A stretch of DNA of 64,000 nt from assembly GCA_030390025.1 (NCBI GenBank), contig JASTWF010000345.1:1-64000 (forward strand), in the 5' to 3' direction. Position numbers and translations under genes: made by a program. Positions 1-12,400 of this stretch are shown piece after piece. A model generated the notes under the pieces. It saw only the letters and a program-made list of their open reading frames with translations. It was not told the DNA's origin and ran no database searches. The stretch comes from Squalus acanthias. Lineage: Eukaryota. Position 1 is the first letter of the stretch. Every line of letters begins with the position of its first letter.

Positions 1-219
1 GGGGGGTAGGGAGGGAGTAGGTCAGGTACTTGGGCAGTGGGGGCAGGAACTTGTTTGGAGGGTGGGAGAAGGTCTTAACCCACGAGGGTGAGCACTGTCT
101 GTTCCAAGTGAGCTCTGTTCTGTCTGGAGTAGGCAGTCAGAATGACTCGAATTACACTTTGCAAAGTAACTGATTACGTCGGCAGGGAGGATCTAATTAC
201 ATATTCCAGAAAAACTGTT

Positions 220-286
220 GGGCGTGTCTGGTCCTCCAAGGGGACCAATCAGCAATCAGGACTTGTCATCCAAGGGGACCAATCAG
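220..286 (+). promoter_or_regulatory. GC-box plus tandem CCAAT boxes (candidate upstream promoter elements)
   Basis: GGGCGTGTC at 220-228; 18-bp direct repeat TCCAAGGGGACCAATCAG at 235-252 and 269-286, giving CCAAT at 245 and 279. Confidence 0.35.
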
Positions 287-329
287 AGCTTTTGATGTTG
301 TGCATAAACAAGTCATGTTTTCAGACAGT

Positions 330-650
330 AGCTGTTGGTAATGATTCTGTTATTCCCATTTACACCTCCTCCAGACCCATCTTTAGTTTCTTTACTTGTC
401 CCATTACCACCCCATTTTGCCTTCCATCATCATCCCTTTTGTCATTTAATCACTCCTGCCTTCCACCCTATCACAGATGTTCCCTTTTGTTCTTTCCTCC
501 CATTCCCCCTTCCCTGTACTTGCTTAAAACATGTTAAAACTCTAATTTTTCAGTTCTGATGAAAGGTCATCGACCTGAAACATTAACTCTGTTTCGCTCT
601 CAAAAAATGCTGCCTGACCTGCTGAGTGTTTCCAGCATTTTCTGTTTTTA
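330..650 (+). mobile_element. Penelope-like element family A, 3' UTR/pseudo-LTR fragment
   Basis: Same sequence as the 3' UTR following the GIY-YIG region at ~7360-7695. Confidence 0.85.
552..588 (+). ncRNA. Minimal hammerhead ribozyme motif (PLE-A), stem III CG>CA decayed
   Basis: AGTT-CTGATGA-A-AGGTC-ATC-GACCT-GAAA-CA-TT-AACT. Confidence 0.7.
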
Positions 651-990
651 CTTGCATTTATATAGTGCCTTTCATGACCTCAGGTCATTGCAAAGCGCTT
701 CACAATCAATGAATTACTTTTGATGGGAAATCACTGTTGTAATATAGGGAAACGCAGCAGCAAATCTGCGCACACAAAGGCCCCATAAACAGCAATGAGA
801 TAAATGACTGGATAATTTGTTTTAGTGATGTTGGTTGAGGGATAAATGTTGGCCAGGACACCAGAAGAACTCCCCTGCTATTCTTCAAATAGTGCCATGG
901 GGTCTTTTACATCCATCTGAGAGTTTAATATTTCATTTGAAAGGCAGCACCTCTGACAGTGTAGAATTCCTTCAGTACTGCATTGAATTA
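651..990 (-). mobile_element. tRNA-derived Deu-domain SINE (SacSINE1-like)
   Basis: Reverse complement of the SINE at 1164-1522; L2-like tail AAGGCACTATATAAATGCAAG. Confidence 0.75.
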
Positions 991-1019
991 TCATCTATTT
1001 GAAAAAAAATCTAAGTTTG

Positions 1020-1154
1020 CTGCGTGCGCGCAGCCTCTACCGCGCACACGGTTCACCTAGGAACCGCCCCCTTCACCAGACCGGAAGTTCCGGTTTCCCG
1101 CGCATGCGCAGTGCATGCAGGACACCGGCACTTCGGGACGCATTACGGGTGAGT
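1020..1154 (+). promoter_or_regulatory. CpG-rich candidate core promoter / first exon with splice donor
   Basis: CCGCCCC, ETS-type CCGGAAGT 1081-1088, NRF1-type GCGCATGCGC 1100-1109, donor CGG|GTGAGT at 1149. Confidence 0.4.
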
Positions 1155-1163
1155 ACGCACGGT

Positions 1164-1522
1164 GCAGTGCTGAGGGAGTGCTCCACTGTCGGAGGTGCCT
1201 GACTTTCAGATGAGACGTTAAACCGAGGGCACGTCTGCTCTCTCAGGTGGACGTAAAAGATCCCATGGCACAATTTCAAAGAAGAGCAGGGGAGTTATCC
1301 TCGGTGTCCTGGCCAATATTTATCCCTCAATCAACATAACAAAAACAGATTATCTGGTCATTGTCACATAGCTGTTTGTGGGAGCTTACTGTGTACAAAC
1401 TGGCTGCCGTGTTTCCCACATTACAACAGTGACTACGCTCCAAAAGTACTTCATTGGCTGTAAAGCGCTTTGAGACATCCGGTAGTCGTGAAAGGCACTA
1501 TATAAATACAAGTCTTTCTTTT
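1164..1522 (+). mobile_element. Deu-domain SINE (SacSINE1-like)
   Basis: Core GAGACGTTAAACCGAGG...CAGGTGGACGTAAAAGATCCCATGGC...TAAAGCGCTTTG; several copies in the window. Confidence 0.8.
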
Positions 1523-2364
1523 ACAAAACCTAGTAAAAAGACATAAAAAGGATAATGAAGATAAAACTTAATGTTTCACTATTCTTGCAGGAACCATCTT
1601 CAGAAGTGACAATAGCCACTGAGATGAACTGCTAGTCAACTTCAAAACACAGGGCTGCTAAAGCAGCAACAGATCTAATCCAAAAATATGGTTAATTTGT
1701 AATCTGGACCAGCACACTGCTGTAGATGCAAAACATTACAAATTCAGATGACAGCGACAGCTGCCTCTGCAGTTCGAACTTCAATTTACATAGGATATAC
1801 ATAGGATATATGGCACAGAAGCAGGCCATTCAGCCCAACCAGTGCATGCCGGATTTCTCGTGGGATATGTGGGACATTCTTTGTTCCAGTCCTACTCAGG
1901 TCCCCTCTCTCACCTCTTTTTCCGGTACATTGATGACTGTATCGGTGCCGTTTCCTGCTCTCACCCTGAACTAGAAAATTCCATTCACTTTGCTTCCAAT
2001 TTCCACCCTTCCCTCACCTTCACATGGTCCATCTCCGACTCTTCCCTTCCTTTCCTCGACTTCTCTGTCTCCATTTCTGGGGATAAGCCCAGTGACTCCC
2101 ACAGCTACCTTGACTACACTTCCTCCCACCCCCGCTTCCTGTAAGGACTCTATTCCATTCTCCCAGTTTCTCCGTCTCTATCGCATCTGCTCTGATGATG
2201 CCACCTTCCACACGAGTACTTCCGATATGTCTTCCTTTTTCCTCAACCGAGGATTCCCCTCTACCATGGTTGACATGATGCGGAGATGCCGGTGTTGGAC
2301 TGGGGTGGACAAAAATGAGAAGTCGCACAACACCAGGTTATAGTCCAACAGTTTTATTTGAAAT

Positions 2365-2399
2365 TACGAGCTTTCGGAGCACTGCTCCTTCGTCAGGTA
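2365..2399 (-). ncRNA. Minimal hammerhead ribozyme motif (PLE-B), intact core
   Basis: Minus strand TAC-CTGACGA-A-GGAGC-AGT-GCTCC-GAAA-GC-TC-GTA. Confidence 0.75.
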
Positions 2400-2599
2400 C
2401 AGTGAGGGAATACAAATCGGTTACAAAGTATATATAGACAGAGAACAATGTGTCTGCAGAGATACAATCCATCAGGGAGGCATTACATCAAAGACACAGC
2501 AGAGTACAGCTAAGACAATGAGGTGGGGCCACAGGGGGTCTAACGTGTCAAATGCTGCAGTCTGCAGTTAAGCTTTTTACTTTTTTTAAAAACTGGAAA

Positions 2600-3690
2600 T
2601 CACATCTGTGAACACGACAACGACGTCGAGTCATGTCTGTAGCGTGACATGAAACCGAGATCCCGGTTGAGGCCGTCCTCATGGGTGCGGAACTTGGCTA
2701 TCAGTTTCTGCTCGATGATTTTGCGTTGTCGTGTGTCTCGAAGGCCGCCTTGGAGAACGCTAACCCGCAGATCCGAGGCTGAATGTCCTTGACTACTGAA
2801 GTGTTCCCCGACTGGGAGGTAACAATCCTGCCTGGCGATTGTTGCGCGGTGTCCGTTCATACGTTGTCTCAGTGTCTGCATGGTCTCGCCGATGTACCAT
2901 GCTGCGGAGCATTCTTTCCTGCAACGTATGAGGTAGACAACGTTGGCCGAGTCACATGAGTATGTACCATGTACCTGGTGGGTAGTGTCCTCACGTGTGA
3001 TGATGGTATCTGTGTTGATGATCTGGCATGTCTTGCAGAGGTTGCTGTGGCAGGGTTGTGTGGTGTCGTGGTCGCTGTTCTCCTGACAGCTGGGTAATTT
3101 GCTGCGAACGATGGTACTTTTGAGGTTAGGCGGCTGCTTGAAGGCGAGTAGTGGAGGCGTGGGGATGGCCTTAGCAAGGCGTTCGTTGTCATCGATGACA
3201 TGTTGAAGGCTGCGAAGAACATGGCGTAGTTTCTCCGCTCCGGGGAAGTACTGGACGACGTAGGGTACTCTGTTGGTTGTGTCCCATGTTCGCCTTCTGA
3301 GGAGGTCTATGCAATTTTTCGCTGTGGCCCGTCGGAACTGTCGATTGATGAGTCGAGCGTCATATCCCGTTCTTACGAGGGCGTCTTTCAGCGTCCGTAG
3401 GTGTCCATCGCGTTCCTCCTCGTCGGAGCAGATCCTGTGTATTCGCAGGGCTTGTCCATAGGGGATGGCTTCTTTAACGTGGTTAGGGTGGAAGTTGGAG
3501 AAGTGGAGCATCGTGAGGTTGTCCGTGGGCTTGCGGTAGAGTGAAGTGCTGAGGTGTCCGTCTTTGATGGAGATTCGTGTGTCCAAGAATGAAACCGATT
3601 CTGAGGAGTAGTCCATGGTGAGTTTGATGGTGGGATGGAACCTGTTGATGTTATCATGTAGTCCTTTCAGTGATCCTTCGCCGTGGGTCC
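2600..3690 (-). pseudogene. PLE-B C-terminal half (RT end, thumb, GIY-YIG endonuclease), open frame but 5'-truncated
   Basis: SVSFLD, LYRKPTD, Cys-rich linker, VVYLIRC...WYIGET, EQKLI...GLN. Confidence 0.85.
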
Positions 3691-5694
3691 GCAGTGCAGC
3701 AACCGAAGAAGAAAGAGTCAAATTGGACCCCTCCGGAGGGTCGCTGCCCTAAGCTTGACATGTATGCTCAATCTGTCAGGAAATGCATCAATGCCAGATT
3801 CATCAGCCGCACTCACAAGACAGTCCAGAATGTCACCCGAGCACAACGCAACGCCATCCATGCTCTCAAGACCAACCGCAACATCGTCATCAAACCAGCG
3901 GACAAAGGAGGAGCCATCATCATACAGAACAGAACGGACTATTGTAAAGAAGCATACCGACAACTGGACAACCAGGAACACTACAGACAGTTACCCGCAG
4001 ATCCGACCAAAGAACACACCCGCCAACTCAATAGACTGATCAAGACCTTCGATCCAGACCTTCAAAGCATCCTACGCGCTCTCATCCCACGTACTCCCCG
4101 CGTGGGAGACTTCTACTGCCTCCCAAAGATACACAAAGCCAACACACCCGGACGTCCTATCGTATTAGGCAATGGAACCCTGTGTGAGAACCTCTCTGGG
4201 TACGTCGAGGGCATCCTGAAACCCATCGTACAGGGAACCCCCGGCTTCTGTCGCGACACTACAGACTTCTTACAGAAACTCAGCACCCATGGACCAGTTG
4301 AACCAGGAACACTCCTCGCCACGATGGACGTATTGGCACTCTACACCAGTATCCCCCACGATGACGGCATCGCTGCGACAGCCTCAGTACTCAACACCAA
4401 CAACAGCCAATCTCCAGACGCCATCCTACAACTCATCCGCTTCATCCTTGACCATAATGTCTTCACCTTCGACAACCAGTTTTTTACCCAAACACACGGA
4501 ACAGCCATGGGGACCAAATTCGCACCCCAGTACGCCAACATCTTCATGCACAAGTTCGAGTAAGACTTCTTCGTTGCACAGGACCTCCAACCAACGCTGT
4601 ACACCAGATACATCGACAACATCTTCTTCCTTTGGACCCACGGCGAAGGATCACTGAAAGGACTACACGATAACATCAACAGGTTCCATCCCACCATCAA
4701 ACTCACCATGGACTACTCCTCAGAATCGGTTTCATTCTTGGACACACGAATCTCCATCAAAGACGGACACCTCAGCACTTCACTCTACCGCAAGCCCACG
4801 GACAACCTCACGATGCTCCACTTCTCCAGCTTCCACCTTAACCACGTTAAAGAAGCCATCCCCTATGGACAAGCCCTGCGAATATACAGGATCTGCTCAG
4901 ATGAGGAGGAACGCGATGGACACCTACAGACGCTGAAAGATGCCCTCGTAAGAACGGGATATGACGCTCGACTCGTCGATCGACAGTTCCGACGGGCCAC
5001 AGCGAAAAATCGCATAGACCTCCTCAGAAGGCAAACACGGAACACAACCAACAGAGTACCCTACGTTGTCCAGTACTTCCCCGGAGCGGAGAAACTACGC
5101 CATGTTCTTCGCAGCCTTCAGCATGTCATCGATGATGACGAACACCTTGCTAAGGCCATCCCCACGCCTCCACTACTCGCCTTCAAGCAGCCGCCTAACC
5201 TCAAAAGTACCATCGTTCGCAGCTAATTACCCAGCTGTCAGGAGAACAGCGACCATGACACCACACAACCCTGCCATGGCAACTTCTGCAAGACATGCCA
5301 GATCATCAACACAGATACCATCATCACACGTGAGGACACTACCCACCAGGTACATGGTACATACTCATGTGACTCGGCCAACGTTGTCTACCTGATACGT
5401 TGCAGGAAAGAATGCTCCGCAGCATGGTACATCGGCGAGACCATGCAGACACTGAGGCAACGTATGAACGGACACCGCGCAACAATCGCCAGGCAGGATT
5501 GTTACCTCCCAGTCGGGGAACACTTCAGTAGTCAAGGACATTCAGCCTCGGATCTGCGGGTAAGCGTTCTCCAAGGCGGCCTTCGAGACACACGACAACG
5601 CAAAATCGTCGAGCAGAAACTGATAGCCAAGTTCCGCACCCATGAGGACGGCCTCAACCGGGATCTCGGTTTCATGTCACGCTACAGGACGTGA
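3691..5694 (+). pseudogene. PLE-B RT + GIY-YIG ORF, inactivated
   Basis: ORF-track pieces 3670-4563, 4708-5226 and 5443-5694 share one frame; IKPADKGG, LPKIHK, GTAMGT motifs; TAA stops at 4561 and 5224; catalytic YIDD reads YIDN. Confidence 0.9.
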
Positions 5695-5925
5695 CTCGAC
5701 GTCGTTGTCGTGTTCACAGATGTGATTTCCAGTTTTTTAAAAAAGTAAAAAGCTTAACTGCAGACGGCAGCATTTGACACGTTAGACCCCCTGTGGCCCC
5801 ACCTCATTGTCTTAGCTGTACTCTGCTGTGTCTTTGATGTAATGCCTCCCTGACGGATTGTATCTCTGCAGACACATTGTTCTCTGTCTATATATACTTT
5901 GTAACCGATTTGTATTCCCTCACTG

Positions 5926-5960
5926 TACCTGACGAAGGAGCAGAGCTCCGAAAGCTCGTA
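5926..5960 (+). ncRNA. Minimal hammerhead ribozyme motif (PLE-B), intact core
   Basis: TAC-CTGACGA-A-GGAGC-AGA-GCTCC-GAAA-GC-TC-GTA. Confidence 0.75.
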
Positions 5961-6302
5961 ATTTCAAATAAAACTGTTGGACTATAACCTGGTGTTGTGC
6001 AACTTCTCATGGTTGACATGGCCCTTGACTGTGTCCGTTCCATTTCCCACACTTCTGCTCTCACCCCTTCCCCTCCCTCCCAGAACCACGAATGGGTTCC
6101 TCTTGTCCTCACCTTTCATCCCACCAGCCTCCACATTCAATGGATCATCCTCCGCCATTTCCGCCACCTCCAGCGTGATCCCACCACCAAACACATCTTC
6201 CCCTCCCCCCCCCCTTTCAGCATTCTGAAGGGACTGCTCCCTCCGCAACACCCTGGACCACTCCTCAATCACCCCCAACACCCCCTCCCCTTCCCACAGC
6301 AC

Positions 6303-6975
6303 TGTTAAGCAATCTCCTTTCTCCTCTGGTTCACAACAACACATTTTAAGTAAGTATGAGACTTCGTAGTGGAGTAAACAGAACAGACTTTATTGATACA
6401 CAGTAAAAGTGATCAGTCTTAACTGCATACAGAGAATGGATATTCGGTATCTGTATCTTTTGAGTACATTCTGACACACTGTTGAAAACCACGCTCCTTT
6501 ATACACCATATTTTGACTACAACAAATAAAAATGTCAAAATGACGTATCTATTTCCCAAATCCTCTGAAAACAGATTATCTCTGTAAACAGTTTGTAATT
6601 GTTTACCTCAGAACCATTTTCCTTAAACGAGACTTCCTGACGTAACATTTTCTAGCATCTTTGACCAATTGTTACCTGTATCTAATGGATACTTACTTCC
6701 CATGTTAATTACCCTAAAACTAAACATTAACCATTCATGGAAGATGTCATCACTGACACTTATTCCCTTACTCAAGCACTTCACATTTCAGTAAACAAGC
6801 AATGCCTTCTCCTCAGACACTTCAATGTCATCCTGTTTATATCGGAAAGCCTGAAAATGCATTCCTGTTACGACACTTCCAGGAAACCCTGTTGCTTTAA
6901 GATACAAAGTAATTCGACTGTTAAACTTTTAACTTCTCAAGATGTCCAACATACATCTCTCCAGGATGTCTAACA
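6303..6975 (-). mobile_element. Solo LTR (673 bp)
   Basis: TGTTA...TAACA termini; 5-bp TSD AGCAC/GGCAC (1 mismatch); minus-strand TATAAA ~6498-6503 and AATAAA ~6389-6394; cleanly interrupts PLE-A coding sequence. Confidence 0.8.
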
Positions 6976-7592
6976 GGCACCTTCCCGTGCAAGCGCAGGA
7001 GATGCAACACCTGCCCTTTTACCTCCTCCCTTCCCACTGTCCAGGGCCCCAAATACTCCTTCCAGGTGAAACAGCGATTTACTGGTACTTCTTGCAATTT
7101 AGTATACTGTATTCACTGCTCACGATGCGGTCTCCTCTACACTGGGGAGACCAAACGCAGATTGAGTGACCGCTTTGCGGAACACCTCTGTTCAATCCTT
7201 AAGCGTGACTCCAAGCTTCTGGTCGCCTGTCACTTTAATTCTCCGCTCCACTCCCACTTTGACCTCTCCGTCCTCGGTCTCTTTTAGGCACTTTACAGCC
7301 TTCTGGATCAACATCGAGTTCAACAATTTCAGACCACAACCTCTGCCCCTATTTTTTCACATGGCAGCTGCTGATGATTCTGCCATTCCCATTTACACTT
7401 CTTCTAGACCCATCTTTTGTTTCTTTACTTGTCCCATTACCATCTCCTTTTGCTTTGTACAATCGTACCTTTTGTCATTTAATCTCTCCTGCCTTCCACC
7501 CTATCACAGACTTTCCCTTTTGTTCTTTCCTCCCCTCCCCCTTTCCCCGCCTCTGCACTTGCTTAAAATCTGTTACATCTCTAACTTTTTCC

Positions 7593-7629
7593 AGTTCTGA
7601 CAAAGGGTCATCGACCTGAAACGTTAACT
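7593..7629 (+). ncRNA. Hammerhead motif (PLE-A), core mutated (CTGACAA)
   Basis: AGTT-CTGACAA-A-GGGTC-ATC-GACCT-GAAA-CG-TT-AACT. Confidence 0.6.
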
Positions 7630-9419
7630 CTGATTCTCTCTCCACAGATGCTGCCTGACCTGCTGAGTATTTCCAGCATTTTCTGTTTTTATTTAAATTG
7701 GCTCCAAACAGGAGTTAAAAGGTAGATTTTACTCTTTGTTGCATCTGGGCATGCTCAGTTCCCATGTACAGCAGAAAGGAAATGGGGCAGAGACCTGTTG
7801 TGTCAGATCCACACACCACAACGCTGCCCTGGGAAAACCAAGGCTTCCAAAATCGACGCAATCGACCCAGCATAAGGATGTAATGAGGTGGGAGGAGCAT
7901 TCTCTGGCCTCCTCCCTCACTTTCCACTGTGTGCTCCTATCAGAATGAGAAATGTAACGAGTTTCCTGCTGTCTACTTTTTTTCTCCTGGTCGTGTAAGG
8001 GTCTTCCCCAGAGTATGAGCCTCAGATAAAGTGAAACCATTTCTGATTTTTGACTATTAGCACTTGGTCAGCACAAACCACCTGTGTCTGCAGGCCCTCT
8101 CATGTCTCCACCCCTTACAGCATTAGCTGAGTGAATTCCCAGGATCCTCTTCCTGCTGTCCCTCCTCCTGTAGCCTGTCCTCCTCAGGAACTGTGTGCAA
8201 TCCTTTGCTGCATGACAGAAGATGCTTGTTATTGTCAGTCCCACACTGTGAATGTGACAGCTATTTGAGAATTCTCATCACTTCCCTTATGGAATTCCCA
8301 CACTGATAGTGAGGGTTCAATGGACATGCATGCTTGAAAGGGACTCTGGGGGTTAGAGACGTGCTGTCACCATCTGTGCCACTTCCTTCCATAAGCTCCT
8401 GGCTGCTGTATTGGCAGGTCCATTGTCACTTACTCCCACTGGTCCATTCCCCCTCCCCCCACACCTAATTTCAGTTAGAAGAATATTCTGTCACTCTCCG
8501 AGAAGTTTCAGGCTCTCTTCTTCCTGGTTCATTTTTGATCCATGCTTTCAAATTGGTGCATGCTGGTACTGCTTTCTCCATCCTCACAAATTGTCCAGGC
8601 TTCCCGGCCTCACCTTGCAGTTGCTGTAGGGACATGCGCCTTTGTCCCGCCCAACAATATTGAAATTTGACGACCCCGGGATTTCCAACTAGGGCCGCTC
8701 CGCACCAATTGAGCGGGCGGAGGTGCGGTGCCGCTTACGGCAGCAGATCGTGGGACCTATGATTCTGACCATGTCTAATTACTTAAGTTTTGGATGTGAC
8801 CCTTACACTTTAATTTCACCTTGACAAAAAGACTGCCGCTTTTGATTCACTTGTTCCTGTGTCGATAATCCACTTTACCCTTTCTTTTTATCATTCAGAT
8901 TTGCTTAAAGTCCTCATCAAAATTCACCATTTTTGCCACCTCTTCTTTTAGAGAGGTAACTCATATTTCTGCTCGATGTTCCTCTTTTATTTCATTCACT
9001 TTTCCTTTCTTTCGCACAGAAGTTCACTATTTTCCTAGAGAATTTACATCTATTTCTTGATATTAGCTGCCTCATTACCATGAAAATATTCCTCACCTTT
9101 CTTTCAAAGTTTTATTAGGCTCATTCTTTTCATAGCAACCAAAGTTATTCAACTCTCCTGGACAGTAATTACTTACTAGATAATTAGGCAGACACATGTC
9201 TCATATGGGACAAGATAGCAGGTTGGATGGATGGCTCTTACATAGTAGTCCATGGAATTTACAGCACAGCAACAGGCCATTCGGCCCAACAGGTCTATGC
9301 CAGCATATATGCTCCATATGTACCTCCTCCCACCTTACTTCATCTCACCCTTTCAATATAATCTTTCTATTACGTTCTCCCATATGTACTTATCTAGCTT
9401 TCCTTTAAATTCATCAAAA

Positions 9420-9940
9420 ACTGATTTTCAGACTGGGAGGTGGTTTGCAGTGGTGTTCCCCCAAGGATAAATTTTGGATCCGTTACTCTTTGCAATTTTT
9501 ATAAACAATCTAGACTCGGGTGTAGGGAGCAGCATTATAAAGTTTGCAGATGATATGAAACTTGGTAAAGTAGTAGATAGTGATACGGATAGTTATAGGC
9601 TGGAGGATGACATAGATAGGATGGTGAAATGGGCAGAAGCATTGCAGATGGAGTTCAATGTGGAGAAGTGTGAAGTGATGCACTTTTGAGTACTAATATG
9701 GAAAGACAGTACACTATAAATCGCATAATTTGGAAAAGTGTAGATGAGCAGAGAGACCTTGCTGTCCATATACACAAATCCGTAAAGGTGGCAGGGCAAG
9801 TTGATAAGGTGGTTAAAAAAAGCATATGGGCTACTTGGGTTTATAAATAGAGGAATAGTGTATAAAAGCAAAGACATCATGTTAGAACTTTATAAATCAC
9901 TGGCTAGGTCTCAGCTTCATGAAAGATGTAAAGGCCTTAA
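9420..9940 (+). mobile_element. CR1 LINE RT fragment (old)
   Basis: PLLFAIFINNLD, KFADD, FNVEKCEVMHF. Confidence 0.85.
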
Positions 9941-9942
9941 GG

Positions 9943-12400
9943 ACATAAGAACATAAGAAATAGGAGCAGGAGTAGGCCATTTGGCCCCTCGAGCCTGCTC
10001 CGCCATGTAAAGTTTCCAAAATTTGCAGATCCCCAAAAATCTAAGGAAAAAGGACTTTGGAACTACCCCAGAGTGATAAAAATGCATTTGGGCCTAACAT
10101 AAGGAATTTAAGACCAAAACCAAGCTTTGGCATTTTAAAAGGACATGTCTGGAATTCAAGCCCCAGCAAACATTAACATTTGGACAATAGGCCCTGGGAG
10201 AAGGCAGCCCCACCCAAAGCACAGGAACCAGTAAAACCTATCACAGAACCCATTAAAGAGGCGCATAAAGATAGGAGTGCTAGGCCCAGCAAGAAACCCA
10301 AAACATGAGGACAATGCAAACTCCGATTAAACAACAGATCGACAGGACGCAAGCCATTTGACACTCAGTAAAGCCGTTACTGTTGACGAGGTCTTACAAT
10401 GACCAGGATTTGATTTGGTTCTGACAAGGCCACTTCAATTTAGCATAATTGAAAGGCCCATCAAGCAGTTACAACAGTTCAGTAAGAAGAAAGTTCAGGA
10501 CATTTTAACACCAAGTTAAACCCATCAAAACTTAACAAGCCCGCAAAACCAAGACAATGGAATGAACAGGCCTCAACTGAAACCTAAATCACTTCAGCAT
10601 GAAACCATTTTAGTAAGGGGTTCTGGGCGCGAAAAGAACAAAGGGGCGGAACAAGTATAATTGGCGGCCTAATTCCCCAAGACGCTCCGGACTCTCTGAC
10701 AACACTTGCACAGCTCCCTCTCGGCTCTGTTCCAGGAGCAGCACGTTCCAGGAAGACACTCAACGACCAGACCACCATCACAATCAACTTACCTGGCTGG
10801 ATTTTGCACTGTTAAAACCCCTGTTTGGTGAGCATTATCCATGATCTCCTGAAACCGAAACCTAGCTAGATAGTGGGATTTTTGGGAGGGATAAGGGTTT
10901 TTGTATATTGTCATTCTCCCTCGCCTGTACCGTGTGTTCTCCAACCTGTTTAAGTGTTAAGTGTGTTTTAAGTTTGTTACCTTTTTCTTTTAATAAAAGT
11001 CAAAATTCTTTCATCGGAACCTGTTGTCTACTGCATCTTTATTCACAACCCCTAAATAAGTCCAAGGTCTGAACCTGGGGCGTGGGAGCGATTCAAACCA
11101 CTCACTGAGTCAGGGGTAAGGCTGACCCCTACCACCCTTCTACCTCAACTTCACTTTCCTGCACTTTCCCCTATCCCTTGATTCCCTTAATATCCAAAAA
11201 TCTATCGATCTCTGTTTTGAAAAGGCATCAAGGGCTATGGAAAGGCATCAAGGGCTATGGGGAGAGAGTGGGAATATGGTATTGAGATAGAGGATCAGCC
11301 ATGACCATATTGAATGGTGGAGCAGGCTCGAAGGGCCAAATGGCCTACTCCTGCTCCTATTTTTCTATGTTTCTATGTTCTATGTTTGAATATACTCAAC
11401 GACTGAGCCTCCACAGCCCTCTGAGGTAGAGAATTCCAAAGATTCACCACCCTCTGAGTGAAGAAATTATTTTGAGGCTGTGATCCCTGGTTCTAGACTC
11501 CCCAGCCAGGGGAAACATCCTCCCTGCATCTACTCTGTCAAGCCCTGTAAGAAATTTGTATGTTTCAATGAGATCACCTCTCATTCTTCTAAACTCCAGA
11601 GAATATAGGCCTAGTCTGCTCAATCTCTCCTCATAGGATAATCCCCCCATCCCAGGAATCAGTCTGATGAACCTTTGTTGCACTCCCTCTATGGCCAGTA
11701 TATCCTTCCTTAGGTAAGGAGACCAAAACTGTACACAGTACCCCAGGGGTGGTCTCACCAGGGCCCTATATAATTGCAGTAAGACGTCTTTACTCTTATA
11801 CTCAAATCCTCTTGTAATAAAGGCCAACATACCATTTGCTTTCCTAATTGCTTGCTGTATCTGCATGTTAACTTTCAGTGATTCGTGTACAAGGACACCC
11901 AGGTCCCTCTGAACACCAACATTTCCCAATCTCTCACCATTTAAAAAATATTTTTCATACCAAAGTGGATAACTTCACATTTCTCCACATTATATTCCAT
12001 TTGCCATGTTCTTGCCCACTCACTTAGCCTGTCTATATCCCATTGAAGCCTCTTTGCATCCTCCTCACAACTTACATTCCCACCCAGCTTTGTATCATCA
12101 GCAAACTTGGATATATTACATTTGGTCCCCTCATCCAAATCATTGATTTAGATTGTGAATAGCTGAGGCCCAAGCACTGATCCTTGCAGTACCCCACTAG
12201 TTACAGCCTACCAATCCGAATATGACCCGTTTATTCCTACTCTCTGTTTTCTGTCCGTTAACCAATCCTCAATCCATGCTAGCATATTACCCCCAATCGC
12301 ATGAGCCCTAATTTTGTTTAATAACCTCTTGTGTGGCACCTTATCGAATGCCTTCTGAAAATCCAAATACACCACATCCACTGGTTCCACCTTATCTATC
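9943..12400 (-). mobile_element. CR1 LINE 3' part, interrupted by an LTR-like insert and an opposite-strand CR1 tail (11221-11385)
   Basis: LDFQKAFDKVPH, KFADDTK, YCVQFWSP; (TTCTTATG)n tail at ~9943-9960. Confidence 0.9.
10006..11134 (+). mobile_element. Probable solo LTR (~1.13 kb)
   Basis: Non-CR1 insert in a CR1 3' UTR; starts TGTAA, ends ...ACCA; GC box and TATAAT ~10646-10661; AATAAA at ~10992; no clear TSD. Confidence 0.5.

Larger units (their letters stand above)
2278..6007. mobile_element. Penelope-like element family B, inverted (palindromic) insertion
   Basis: Arm ~2316-3690 (-) is the reverse complement of ~4634-6010 (+); flanked by direct repeat CATGGTTGACATG at 2265-2277 and 6008-6020. 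Confidence 0.92.
1850..7695 (+). mobile_element. Penelope-like element family A (5'-truncated, degenerate), split by two nested insertions
   Basis: Pieces 1850-2277, 6008-6302 and 6976-7695 join into RT (FRYIDD), thumb and GIY-YIG (LVYCIHC..CGLLYTGET), colinear with ORF 23588-24818. Confidence 0.9.

Noticed and set aside
7700..8770. Old DNA-transposon remnant (also ~12960-13572, ~17370-17790, ~46520-47100, ~51150-51490, ~60765-61450)
   Set aside because: Only single TIR-like ends or vague similarity; boundaries and family cannot be supported by eye
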